Of a stretch of 64,000 nucleotides of DNA, positions 28,165-37,539 are shown one piece after another (position 1 is the stretch's first letter; each line of letters opens with the position of its first letter). The notes beneath the pieces were generated by a model that was not told where the DNA came from, made no database searches, and was given only the letters and a program-made list of their open reading frames with translations. The stretch spans positions 21,346-85,345 of IMG/VR virus record IMGVR_UViG_3300036715_003541; one strand, written 5' to 3'. The position numbers and the translations under genes are program-made. Source of the DNA: a virus.

Positions 28165-29763
28165 TCACATGAAAATTTTATTATAAAAGAAACCAACAGT
28201 TGGGTTATTTACAGTCTCATGATTTCTATCTACTGCACAGCAATTTCCAAATTTATCCTGAACAACCTTATCAATTGGTAAATTCAAGTGACCACAAACT
28301 GGTTTCAAACTTGTTTTGCTTTTAACAACAAGTGAACATGTTGATTTTGGAGCTGCTTCTTTCTTAGCATTCAAGTTAGACATATATTCTTTTACAGCGA
28401 TTGTATAAGAGTTGTTGTCACCACTTTGCAATATAATATTCATTGCATCTTCTGCACGATCAAAGTTGCTATCTAAAGCTGCTTGTCTAACGATTTCAAT
28501 AAGCTCAGAATTTTTCATTCCATATTGAGGAGAAACCAATGCGGCTGATTTTTTATCAAACACACCATTGTTGCTCATTTCAATTAATGTATTTTCAGAT
28601 ATTGGAGAAATTGAACCTTCGCAAATCAAAACAGATGGTTTTAATGCTTTACCTTCTTTTACCTTTACAGGTACTGTGAAAGACAATCTACCACCGCCAG
28701 TGCTAACTGCAAAGTAAATAGATGACTTATCTGATTTTGCAACTTTTATTTGATTGTATTTTTCACCAGCTTGTTTCAAAGCTTGATCAACCAAATCACG
28801 TGCTTTGTTTACAAAGCTTGTACCAAAAGTAATTTCAGCGGCACCTTTTGCAGAAGCTAACTTTTCTTCAAATGTATCTGCTTCTTCTAAACGAAGTTGT
28901 GGAACTTCTTTTGCTTCTGGATAGAATGTTGTTAATATAGAATTATTAAATACTTCTGTTTTAGGAGCTTCTTCTGCTTTTTTGATTTTTAATGCAGCAA
29001 CTGCTAATTCTGGTTGAGAGAGTTTTTCTGTTTTTTCTGTAACTAAATCTAAAACAACAGAAGCTGTGACATTTAATTTGCTACCCGCTTTATTTAACAA
29101 ATAACTTGTTAATGAAGCTTTAGATATTTTCTCAGCACCATTGTTTCCTAAAAACACTTCTGGTGAGGATATTCTTTTTTCTTTTGTTTTAACAGGAATA
29201 AATACAGCAGTTTTGCCACGTGGTGTAGTGAAAGAAGCATTTACAATAATATATTGTTCATTACCAGAGGCAACAGATAATTGAGCTTCAGGTAAATCAT
29301 GAAGGTTTAATACTGTTTTTGTTTGATTTAAAGCTTTTGTAGCAACTTCTTCAGAGTATGCTTTAGGTTCTTCGCCTGAAAATACACTGGAAAGTAAATT
29401 TTGCAATACTGGGTCTGCAGATGCGTATAAAGAAATGACTTTTCCATCTTGTTTTTCAGCATATTTGGGTTTTAAAAAATTGATTTCTTGATCACCAATT
29501 TCTTCCTTTAGTAATTCGCCAGCCATAGAAGATACTGTGTAAAATCTATTATAAATGTTTACTAGCTCCGCTTTCTTTGTAATCAATGATTTTTCACCCA
29601 TTTTATTAAAAACCTGAGCCATTTGAATAATGGTTTGGTCATTTGGGTATTTCTCAGCTAATTTTGCTAATTTATTTTGTAACACAGATGTGAGAAATGG
29701 TTTTTCATTATCCATCTGTGCAGCAAGATTTTGAGAAATTTCAGTAAGTTTATTAAATTTCAT
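28165..29763 (-). CDS. Hypothetical structural protein with duplicated beta domain
   Basis: 532 aa, AGGA RBS. ..AVFIPVKTKEKRISSPEVF.. and ..SFTVPVKVKEGKALKPSVL.. repeat; Cys/His C-terminus. Confidence 0.6.
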   Translation of the reverse strand: MKFNKLTEISQNLAAQMDNEKPFLTSVLQNKLAKLAEKYPNDQTIIQMAQVFNKMGEKSLITKKAELVNIYNRFYTVSSMAGELLKEEIGDQEINFLKPKYAEKQDGKVISLYASADPVLQNLLSSVFSGEEPKAYSEEVATKALNQTKTVLNLHDLPEAQLSVASGNEQYIIVNASFTTPRGKTAVFIPVKTKEKRISSPEVFLGNNGAEKISKASLTSYLLNKAGSKLNVTASVVLDLVTEKTEKLSQPELAVAALKIKKAEEAPKTEVFNNSILTTFYPEAKEVPQLRLEEADTFEEKLASAKGAAEITFGTSFVNKARDLVDQALKQAGEKYNQIKVAKSDKSSIYFAVSTGGGRLSFTVPVKVKEGKALKPSVLICEGSISPISENTLIEMSNNGVFDKKSAALVSPQYGMKNSELIEIVRQAALDSNFDRAEDAMNIILQSGDNNSYTIAVKEYMSNLNAKKEAAPKSTCSLVVKSKTSLKPVCGHLNLPIDKVVQDKFGNCCAVDRNHETVNNPTVGFFYNKIFM

Positions 29764-29775
29764 ATGTTTCCTGGA

Positions 29776-30234
29776 TTAGCCTAATTCTGGAAATTTTTTA
29801 ATTATTTCTTGACGCATAGATGCAGAAACTTCTTTTAACAAATTAGAAACCATTTTCTTATTTTTTAACAGCGTTTTTGGCAAATACTCTGGCACGAATG
29901 CCAATTCTTTCTTATCTAATCCTAATTTATTAGCTGCAACTTTTGCTATTTGCTCATTTTTATAAAAAATAGATAAATTATCTTTGCCCACCTCAACATA
30001 CCAAGGGTTTGCAGAGGATGCTTGTTTCTCTAAAAGATCATCATACATAGCTACTATGTATTGCTCATCATCATTATCACCATTAACAACTTGCCACAAA
30101 TTAGACATATCATCATTATCTTTAAATTTTACAACATCAAAAGCAACTTTAACAATTTTATCTTTAACATCAGATAACTTATATGCTTTTTTTAGCAAAA
30201 TTTTCTCTAAAAGAGTTTTATTATAATCAATCAT
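29776..30234 (-). CDS. Hypothetical protein (head block)
   Basis: 152 aa with KKAY, KVAF, KQAS and KVAA. Confidence 0.6.
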   Translation of the reverse strand: MIDYNKTLLEKILLKKAYKLSDVKDKIVKVAFDVVKFKDNDDMSNLWQVVNGDNDDEQYIVAMYDDLLEKQASSANPWYVEVGKDNLSIFYKNEQIAKVAANKLGLDKKELAFVPEYLPKTLLKNKKMVSNLLKEVSASMRQEIIKKFPELG

Positions 30235-30291
30235 ATTTATCCCTGATATTTTAGTTCAAATTTTATATTGTTTTATTGCTTGTTTTTATTG

Positions 30292-30747
30292 TTAAAATTT
30301 TTCTTCCCTTAATTTTTGCATTTTGTCAAGTATTGTTTTGATTTTATTATCCTTCTCAACTATTTTCTTTATTCTTTGAAAAGAACCACCATATTGTGTT
30401 TTTTTATCTTTTTTATAATCAACATTTCCATGTAACGATTTAGTGATTGAACTTTGATTTACACTTAAAATTTTTGCAATTTCCATTTGTGTGTAACCAT
30501 CTTTTACTGACAATGTAATTACTTCTCGTTGACGATCTGTAAGCATTGTATCAATAATCCTCCAAAGTTCTTTTTTTAATTCATCCTCTAATGCAAATAA
30601 TTCTTCATCATATGCCCAAGGGTTTAATCGAGATTCAATTGAATCATTGTTCGAAAACGCTTCCATCATATCATGAGAGCAAGATTGTTCAACAATTAAA
30701 TATTGATAAGAGTCACTTCTATTCTTACGTTTTTCAGATTTTTCCAC
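30292..30747 (-). CDS. Sigma-70 region 4-like HTH protein
   Basis: LTDRQREVITL..GYTQMEIAKILSVNQSSITKSL; GGAGG RBS and GTG start. Confidence 0.8.
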   Translation of the reverse strand: MEKSEKRKNRSDSYQYLIVEQSCSHDMMEAFSNNDSIESRLNPWAYDEELFALEDELKKELWRIIDTMLTDRQREVITLSVKDGYTQMEIAKILSVNQSSITKSLHGNVDYKKDKKTQYGGSFQRIKKIVEKDNKIKTILDKMQKLREEKF

Positions 30748-30803
30748 ATAACCTCCATGCGACTTAATATAATATATCTCACCATTTTTGTTATGTTTGA
30801 TTT

Positions 30804-31547
30804 TTAATAAGATGTTATCTCTAAAGAAAACTGATGATTCCTTGTAATATATTCATCAATGTCTTTATATCCCATGGGTACCGATAAATGTGTGATAATT
30901 GCTTTATCACCATATTTTTCATCTATTTTTTTGCGACCCTTTAATCCAGCTTCATCATTGTCAAACACAATAATAATATTATCTGTATATCGAATAAGAG
31001 TTGCAAATTGATAAGCTGATAAAGAAGAAGATCCAACTGCTACAACATTTTTTATTCCAAACTCATAGCACTTAATCGCATCTAATTGACCTTCAACCAC
31101 ATATGCAAAACCTTCTTTTAAAATATGCTCTTTTGCAAAGTTTAAGTTAAAACAATAGTTACCTTTTTTAAATACAGTATTCTTATATTTTATAAGACTT
31201 CTTTGCTTTCTTTCTTCTTCACCTAATAATGTCCTGCCAATAAGAGCAATAGGTGTGTTATTTGCATTGTAATATGGTATCACTAAACCATGATTTTCAA
31301 AATAAGAAAATAAACCAGATTGCTTTTTCCAAGCTAAACCAACATCTATTAAGTCTTTACTTGATATTGCGTTAGATATCAAATTCATGTAAATAGAAGG
31401 TGGGAAATAACCTATGTTATATTTATTTATTATCTCATCTGATAGTCTTGAATAAATATATGTTCGATATTCTTCCGCTTCTGAGAAATTTAATAGTAAG
31501 TTCTTTGATATTGATATTACTTTTTCAAAAACTTCAGATTTAAACAT
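30804..31547 (-). CDS. dnaG: DnaG-type primase catalytic core (TOPRIM), lacking zinc-binding domain
   Basis: IGYFP, GR, KYKN, VVEGQLD, FDNDEAG, KDIDE; 247 aa. Confidence 0.85.
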   Translation of the reverse strand: MFKSEVFEKVISISKNLLLNFSEAEEYRTYIYSRLSDEIINKYNIGYFPPSIYMNLISNAISSKDLIDVGLAWKKQSGLFSYFENHGLVIPYYNANNTPIALIGRTLLGEEERKQRSLIKYKNTVFKKGNYCFNLNFAKEHILKEGFAYVVEGQLDAIKCYEFGIKNVVAVGSSSLSAYQFATLIRYTDNIIIVFDNDEAGLKGRKKIDEKYGDKAIITHLSVPMGYKDIDEYITRNHQFSLEITSY

Positions 31548-31548
31548 A

Positions 31549-31872
31549 TTACTTTATTTTCTTCAATTGCTCAATCATCATTATTTTAAATGGGACAGAC
31601 AACTTATAAGCTTGTCCACAACCACTGCATAATACATTTTTTTCATCTTTGGATATTTTAGGCGTTTCTATAGAGCCACAATCACACTTTATATTCCAAA
31701 AGGGTTTTTTATCACCTGAACGCCAAAGTTGCAATGTTTCTAATTGATACTTTAAGTAATGATTATCTGGCTGCACTTTATCACAATTTCCACAATGAAT
31801 TTTCTTTGTTTTTTTATCCAAACAAGGTTCCGATTGTTTTTTACATAATTCACAATTTAATGATACACGCAT
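31549..31872 (-). CDS. Double zinc-ribbon protein
   Basis: CELC, CGNC, CDCG and CSGC. Confidence 0.6.
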   Translation of the reverse strand: MRVSLNCELCKKQSEPCLDKKTKKIHCGNCDKVQPDNHYLKYQLETLQLWRSGDKKPFWNIKCDCGSIETPKISKDEKNVLCSGCGQAYKLSVPFKIMMIEQLKKIK

Positions 31873-31873
31873 A

Positions 31874-32722
31874 CTACTCCAATGCTTTCTTTACTTTTAA
31901 GAATTCTTCATTTGTTAAAAAAGAAACACTCACCCTCACAAGGTGATCCGTTGTTTTATTCTTTGATTTAATACCTTCGTTTTTGATAACTAAACAATCT
32001 TCATTCCTTGTGTTTGCAGGTATAATAATCGTTTTTTCACCATGAATTGTTTTTACTGATTTTGAACAGCCAAGTATTGACTCTGTAAAACTAATATTAA
32101 GGTAAGAAATAATATTATTATTTTCTATCGAAAAATACTCACTATCAAAAACCTTTATTTGAATAAAAGCATCACGCTTTATATCCTTGTAAAAATCACC
32201 ACCACCAGATATTCTTAATACAAAACCATTGATTGTACCAGGGTCTATTTGAATAGAATAACTTTTTGTTACAAATGAATATCCATTGTCACAATCGCAA
32301 GAAGATGTACATTCACACATTACTGTTTTATAAGAAGTCTTATTACATTTATTGCAATTAACATCTTTTACTTTACCAAATCCAAGGCATTTTTCACAAA
32401 GAGATTTACTAGTTATTTTTACATCTTTCACACAACCAAGTGTGGCTTCCAAAAAAGATAATCCCAAGATAACATGTATATCAGATAACTTTAAAGTGTG
32501 TGAAAAATTATGTTTAAAATCTTTTATCTCAACTTTTTCTTTATGGTTTTTCTCAAGAAAAGAATAAGCTAAATTTATTTTCTTTAAAATTTCTTCAGAT
32601 TGTGGATCTTTGTTTACATCTGGGTGATGTGTTTTTACTAACTTTTTAAATTTTAACTTTATATCATTTAAAGAATGATAAGAAGTTGCACCCAATGTTT
32701 TGTAAGCTTCTTTTAAGTTCAT
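31874..32722 (-). CDS. dnaJ: DnaJ-like co-chaperone
   Basis: J-domain with HPD, degenerate CxxCxGxG region, C-terminal DnaJ domain (ISFTESILG, VKTIHG, EGI). Confidence 0.85.
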   Translation of the reverse strand: MNLKEAYKTLGATSYHSLNDIKLKFKKLVKTHHPDVNKDPQSEEILKKINLAYSFLEKNHKEKVEIKDFKHNFSHTLKLSDIHVILGLSFLEATLGCVKDVKITSKSLCEKCLGFGKVKDVNCNKCNKTSYKTVMCECTSSCDCDNGYSFVTKSYSIQIDPGTINGFVLRISGGGDFYKDIKRDAFIQIKVFDSEYFSIENNNIISYLNISFTESILGCSKSVKTIHGEKTIIIPANTRNEDCLVIKNEGIKSKNKTTDHLVRVSVSFLTNEEFLKVKKALE

Positions 32723-33291
32723 TTTTTCTTTGTTTTTTTAACTTTGGGATTGTTAGCTTTCAATGCATAAGCTAGTGCTACTGCAATACCATCAGCACGG
32801 TCATAGTTTTCGACTTTAAGCTTACTTGCACCTCCCCGTGGCTTGGAGTGCTCCCAAGGGAATGTAATCCCTAAATGCTCGGAAACAAGGTCTGGCACTT
32901 CGGTTTTATCAGGTAGCACCTTTGTTTTTTTTATGGCATGACGTATTGTCATAACATTTAATAATTCAACTGTTGCTCCATTGTGAGCGTTTAACCAATC
33001 ATGACAAATTAAACCAATTGTTCTATTAAATACAGACAAGGCAATAATTGTTTTTGCAGTGCTTTTACCCTTCATAAATTGAATAATATCTTCAATGATA
33101 ACTTTATCAGGATTGTATTTTTCTAATATTGTTAACACCCATTTTCGTAAAGCTACTAACTTTTCAAAGACAGATCCTTTTTTTAAAGGCTTGTAATAAC
33201 CAGAATCAATATATGTTATTTTTGAATCTTTATTTTTAATTACTGACCAACCAACTGTATTTGTAGATACGTCAAAACCTGCTATAATCAT
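32719..33291 (-). CDS. ruvC: RuvC-like Holliday junction resolvase
   Basis: IAGFDVS..VGWSV, VIIED, DRADGIAVA. Confidence 0.8.
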   Translation of the reverse strand: MIIAGFDVSTNTVGWSVIKNKDSKITYIDSGYYKPLKKGSVFEKLVALRKWVLTILEKYNPDKVIIEDIIQFMKGKSTAKTIIALSVFNRTIGLICHDWLNAHNGATVELLNVMTIRHAIKKTKVLPDKTEVPDLVSEHLGITFPWEHSKPRGGASKLKVENYDRADGIAVALAYALKANNPKVKKTKKK

Positions 33292-33312
33292 AATTTATCT
33301 ATAACAACAAAT

Positions 33313-33346
33313 AAAAAAAAGAAGAGCCTTTTAAAGCTCTTCTTTT
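33313..33346 (-). terminator. Rho-independent terminator
   Basis: aaaagaagagc / gctcttctttt with a long U-tract. Confidence 0.8.
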
Positions 33347-33357
33347 AAATTACAATT

Positions 33358-34056
33358 TCAAACTTCTGCTGAAGGAAACTCGTCGTCATCATCACTAATC
33401 ATTGCTGGTGCTGGTGAAGCGGTTGCGCTTGTTTGGGTAGCAGTTGAACCAGTTACTGTTTTTGTTGCTGTCACACCATTAACTTTATCTCGGTAAGTCT
33501 TGTGATAAGAAGAAACTTGTTCTGGTGTAAGTGGAATACAACGTTGCTCAATAGCTTCTTTATCGAATGAATCAACCAATTTCATATCTTCTGGAGTAAG
33601 AGGGCGTTTTTCATAAGGCATTACCATGTAATAACCGGATGGACCATCTTCTGGATGTACAGTGATTGTAATCTCGTATTTTGTTGGATCACCCCATTTT
33701 GAAGCCTGTGCATATTTCTTGATTTGTGAATATAAAACATATCCTGTGTCAAGAATTTGAATCTTATTTGCTTTGCGATTGATTACAATCAAATACCATC
33801 TTGGTTTTGCTTTATTACCAGCTAAGCATAATGGACAATTGTCTTTATTTCCAGTGCAACGAATACGTGTACCATATTGCTTGTCACTTTCTTCTTTTAC
33901 TTGATGGACTAAATATTGCATTGGTTTTGCAACAATGCGAAGATCATTTCCTTCTTGGCTTTTATCTAATTTTAAGAATAAATCTTTTGCGGACTCACGT
34001 TTACCACCAGAGCCACCGCCCTCAGACCAATCGATTTCACCAAATGTTGTTGTCAT
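33358..34056 (-). CDS. Single-stranded DNA-binding protein (gp32-like)
   Basis: FLKL..GNDLRIV, C..CPLC, WGDPTKYEITI, flexible linker and acidic tail DDDDEF; next to recA. Confidence 0.7.
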   Translation of the reverse strand: MTTTFGEIDWSEGGGSGGKRESAKDLFLKLDKSQEGNDLRIVAKPMQYLVHQVKEESDKQYGTRIRCTGNKDNCPLCLAGNKAKPRWYLIVINRKANKIQILDTGYVLYSQIKKYAQASKWGDPTKYEITITVHPEDGPSGYYMVMPYEKRPLTPEDMKLVDSFDKEAIEQRCIPLTPEQVSSYHKTYRDKVNGVTATKTVTGSTATQTSATASPAPAMISDDDDEFPSAEV

Positions 34057-34116
34057 ATATTTTACCTTTTTGTTAAGTTGCTATCTGCAATCTCTATTTT
34101 GTTATAGTTTCGTTGA

Positions 34117-34446
34117 TTATTTTTTATTGCTTGTTTTTTGAAAAGTTACAATTCGTGTTCCACCAGGCATTTTTTTAAATGATACTGAAACTCTTTTGTT
34201 TCTTATTTTATTTACAATTTTATTTAATGTAAACCTAAATGAAATTGGGCTTTGTGGAACATCAATATTCATCTTTGAAAGTTCACTGACAAGTTGTGTC
34301 ATTGTTCCTGTAAATGTATTTGATGCTAAATCCACAATTGCTTTTACAATTGCTTCATGGTTACTGTTAGATGTAACATTATTAGTGGTTTTCTTAATGT
34401 TTTTCGGTGTTTTTACAACTTTATTTGTCATTTTTTTTTCTTTCAT
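34117..34446 (-). CDS. Small basic hypothetical protein (possible winged-helix)
   Basis: 109 aa; FTGTMTQL..L. Confidence 0.5.
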   Translation of the reverse strand: MKEKKMTNKVVKTPKNIKKTTNNVTSNSNHEAIVKAIVDLASNTFTGTMTQLVSELSKMNIDVPQSPISFRFTLNKIVNKIRNKRVSVSFKKMPGGTRIVTFQKTSNKK

Positions 34447-34745
34447 TTGCCACTTTTTACATAAGCCAAATTTTGTATATAATCAACTTTCCTTGATGGA
34501 AGAATGATATCAACAGTCTTTGTTGGGTCTAAAAATAATGTGTAATTTTCTCTTATGTAATCATCTGTATTTGTCGTTGTGTCTGGTATAAAGACACCTT
34601 TTGTTTCGATGAAATCAGGAAAAAAAGAAGGTTTACCTATTGATAAAAAGAATGTGTAATCGCTAAACATAATTAAGAAAACTGGCTTATTAGGTAGTGG
34701 AAACCTAGTTACTTCTCTTACTTCAGGAATATACGCATCAGACAT
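34443..34745 (-). CDS. Hypothetical protein
   Basis: 100 aa, overlapping both neighbours. Confidence 0.55.
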   Translation of the reverse strand: MSDAYIPEVREVTRFPLPNKPVFLIMFSDYTFFLSIGKPSFFPDFIETKGVFIPDTTTNTDDYIRENYTLFLDPTKTVDIILPSRKVDYIQNLAYVKSGK

Positions 34746-35901
34746 TTTTTACCTTCTTGGTCTTAGACACTAAACCCTCCAACAGATCGTCTTCTGGCTT
34801 CTCTATAACTGGTTGTGGCAGCCTTTTATTGTTCTTATTATCACGTGCTATTGCAATTTCTTCAGTTAATTCTTTTGCCAATGCAGGATCTGATTTAATT
34901 CCTTCTTGAAATTTCGCCAATCCAACCCACTTTTGATCCTTGTATTCATGAGTTACAGATGATGGTTTTTTAACCACATCATATTCAACTGCTAATTCTG
35001 CAATTTCTTCATGAATATCTACAATACCAATATTAAAGTTTACCTTAAACTCACATTTGCGTGGATGTGGTCCGAATTTACTTTTCTCAATTGTTGCACG
35101 GATTGTGTGACCAATTTTATTATCTTTTTCATCCAAAATTTGTGCATCTTTACGCATCACGGATTCAAAATAAATATTTGCACTTAAAGAATGATTGTAT
35201 GTGTTTCCACCTGTAAATGTATGGTCAGGACCATACATATCCATAGAATCTTTTTTGTGATTGATAACAATGAATGGAATATCTGCTTTACCAACCTCAA
35301 GAATAAGCTTCCTGAATGTTGGAGTAAGGAATCTTGAAAGAAGACTCATATTCATTTTACCAATTGCAGATGTATCTTCACCTGGTGGAATGATAGCCCC
35401 CAAAGAGTCAAGTACAATAAGATTTACATTGATTTCTTTTTTGCAAATCTTATCCAATAAACCTTCTTTAGATTTACCTTTTAATACGTGTGATTTTGCA
35501 TCTTCTTTTGGAACACCTAAAAGCATCTCAAAACATCGACGACCATTTGCTGCTTGTTCTTTTTCAACAACAATAATTCGACTAATATCACAACCCAATT
35601 CCATTGCCCACTTTTCAGAGAATGTACCCTCTGCATCAATAAAAACCTGATAAGACTCAGGATCTTGTGCTTGAGCATTTTTGATAGCAATAATCGCCAT
35701 CAATGTTTTACCAGATCCACCCGATCCATAAAATTGGATAATTCTACCTTTTGGTAAGCCACCACATGATAATGCGTCATCAAGTAATAAAGAACCTGTT
35801 GGTACAACTTCTATTTTTTTATTTTCTGAGGCTATGTAGTAGCCTAGTTCACCTTCAGCTTCTGCGTATGATTCAAAAAATGATTTGAATTTATTTGACA
35901 T
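34738..35901 (-). CDS. recA: RecA/UvsX recombinase
   Basis: PTGSLLLDDAL..GGLPKGRI, GSGGSGKT, FIDAE, IVLDSL, KSKF. Confidence 0.93.
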   Translation of the reverse strand: MSNKFKSFFESYAEAEGELGYYIASENKKIEVVPTGSLLLDDALSCGGLPKGRIIQFYGSGGSGKTLMAIIAIKNAQAQDPESYQVFIDAEGTFSEKWAMELGCDISRIIVVEKEQAANGRRCFEMLLGVPKEDAKSHVLKGKSKEGLLDKICKKEINVNLIVLDSLGAIIPPGEDTSAIGKMNMSLLSRFLTPTFRKLILEVGKADIPFIVINHKKDSMDMYGPDHTFTGGNTYNHSLSANIYFESVMRKDAQILDEKDNKIGHTIRATIEKSKFGPHPRKCEFKVNFNIGIVDIHEEIAELAVEYDVVKKPSSVTHEYKDQKWVGLAKFQEGIKSDPALAKELTEEIAIARDNKNNKRLPQPVIEKPEDDLLEGLVSKTKKVKNV

Positions 35902-35919
35902 GTTTTTCCTATTTTATAA

Positions 35920-36396
35920 TCACCACCCACCAGTATCTACTGGTGAGTGACCTAATATTGTTTTTCTTAAACCTTGTGTAATATCTTTTGCATGATGATG
36001 ATATTTGATAATTATATCATATTTTTTCTCTAATAATGCTTTAGCGCCTTTTGCTCTGGCTAAGGTTTCCTGCAAAGCCACAACATCTGGATCTGATTCT
36101 GAAGCGTATTTCCTCATATCTGCTGTTACTTTACTTCCAGGATCATATTCCAAAGCAACTTTGTTTTTTAATGAAGATACTTTTGACTCTAACATAGAAG
36201 TTGTTTTAACAATTCTACTTAGATATTCAGATAAAAGATCTGCAGCACGTAATGTTTTTACTTGAACCATTTCCGCATGAGGAATATCTGATAATTGATC
36301 CGATGCTAAATGTTGTAAAATTTCTTGAATTTCAGTTAAATCAAAGTCGGAGAATTTATCTTCACCCGAACCCATAATATCATTTATTGTTACCAT
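35920..36396 (-). CDS. Helical recombination mediator-like (UvsY-like) protein
   Basis: 158-aa coiled coil directly upstream of recA; TADMRKYASESD resembles UvsY-type mediators. Assignment is an inference. Confidence 0.45.
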   Translation of the reverse strand: MVTINDIMGSGEDKFSDFDLTEIQEILQHLASDQLSDIPHAEMVQVKTLRAADLLSEYLSRIVKTTSMLESKVSSLKNKVALEYDPGSKVTADMRKYASESDPDVVALQETLARAKGAKALLEKKYDIIIKYHHHAKDITQGLRKTILGHSPVDTGGW

Positions 36397-36402
36397 AAAA
36401 AT

Positions 36403-36431
36403 GCCTCTACAGATTATATATCCGTAGAGGC
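36403..36431 (-). promoter_or_regulatory. RBS-sequestering hairpin with candidate promoter motif in its loop
   Basis: Minus strand GCCTCTACGGA-TATATAA-TCTGTAGAGGC ends 6 nt before the ATG at 36396; the GAGG RBS lies in the 3' arm. Confidence 0.6.
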
Positions 36432-36438
36432 TGTTTCA

Positions 36439-36768
36439 TTATTTTAACTTTTCATCTAAGAGCTTTATTTTCTCATCCAACATAATCATCTTTTGATTTA
36501 CTTTATCCGATAATTCTTTTATTGTATTATACATAATTCTTGTATGCTGATGCTGAAAAATACTTATAATAAAAAAAGTTATTTCGTAAGAAATGAAATT
36601 CTTAGATGGTGGCTTTATAAATAAAATAATACCATTATCATCAGACTCAAATAAATCTTCAAATAAAACAGAACCACCATGAACTTCATAAGATTTGCAT
36701 AACTTATTGTAAATATTAAATTCATCATCTGTAATATCTACTTTTTTATTATCAATTATTCTAATCAT
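36439..36768 (-). CDS. Hypothetical protein
   Basis: 109 aa, GGAG RBS. Confidence 0.6.
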   Translation of the reverse strand: MIRIIDNKKVDITDDEFNIYNKLCKSYEVHGGSVLFEDLFESDDNGIILFIKPPSKNFISYEITFFIISIFQHQHTRIMYNTIKELSDKVNQKMIMLDEKIKLLDEKLK

Positions 36769-37472
36769 TACGCTCTCCTAAATCCACCACCAGAACCGTT
36801 TAATGCATTTTTTGCTTGCTTTCTTTTTTGCTTTTCTCTTGCATGGAAGATTTTTACCGCAGCATCATCTGGTAATGTTTTTGTAGATGCCCTCTTCGCC
36901 AAAGCATATGCCAACGGATGAATCTCATTTCCATAATCTTCATCCTCATCCTCATAGTCTTCGCCATTGTCTTCGCCATTATCTTCACCGCCATATTGGT
37001 TATTGAATAATTTATTCAATGATTTGGCATCTGTGAAGCCTTTAGGGATAGCATCTCCTGTTGGAGCAAGTAAGAGACTTTCTTCTGACTCACCTTTTTT
37101 AAATTTATCTGCTATTTCTTTTAGTTTTGATTGCTTTGTCATCACACCTGCATGTTGCTTATCCATGAATTTATTGAAAGACTCAGAAGGTTGATCGGAT
37201 GAATCCGATGAATCTCTTTTGGGTTTTGCTTTTTTGGCGTATGACTCAAGTTCTTCTGTTGTTAAAACATGCAGCTTTAAATTGGATGTTATCCAATCTT
37301 TAATTTCAATTTCATACGTTTCGTAGTATTGTGAATGAATTGCGTTTAAACCAGCTAAACATGTTTTTAATTCAACACTCATGATCTCTCCACCACAAGA
37401 TGGACAAATATTTGAATCAATTGCATACTTCCATTTTGGGTCAACTATACTTTGACAAGATTTACATTGCAT
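36768..37472 (-). CDS. Zinc-ribbon protein with acidic repeat
   Basis: Likely start MQCKSC (the track start lies in a terminator); CPSC; GEDN repeat. Confidence 0.6.
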   Translation of the reverse strand: MQCKSCQSIVDPKWKYAIDSNICPSCGGEIMSVELKTCLAGLNAIHSQYYETYEIEIKDWITSNLKLHVLTTEELESYAKKAKPKRDSSDSSDQPSESFNKFMDKQHAGVMTKQSKLKEIADKFKKGESEESLLLAPTGDAIPKGFTDAKSLNKLFNNQYGGEDNGEDNGEDYEDEDEDYGNEIHPLAYALAKRASTKTLPDDAAVKIFHAREKQKRKQAKNALNGSGGGFRRA

Positions 37473-37473
37473 A

Positions 37474-37509
37474 ATATAAAAAACAGGCTTGAGCGCCTGT
37501 TTTTTATAT
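37474..37509 (-). terminator. Terminator hairpin overlapped by GATATATA motif
   Basis: Perfect 15-bp stem atataaaaaacaggc-ttgagc-gcctgttttttatat. Confidence 0.75.
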
Positions 37510-37539
37510 ATCATCACTTTTATCTTCAGATTATTTTAT

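Noticed and set aside
36940-36992. 12-nt tandem repeats (tcttcgccattg-like)
   Set aside because: They encode the GEDN low-complexity tract within a CDS, not an array or origin.
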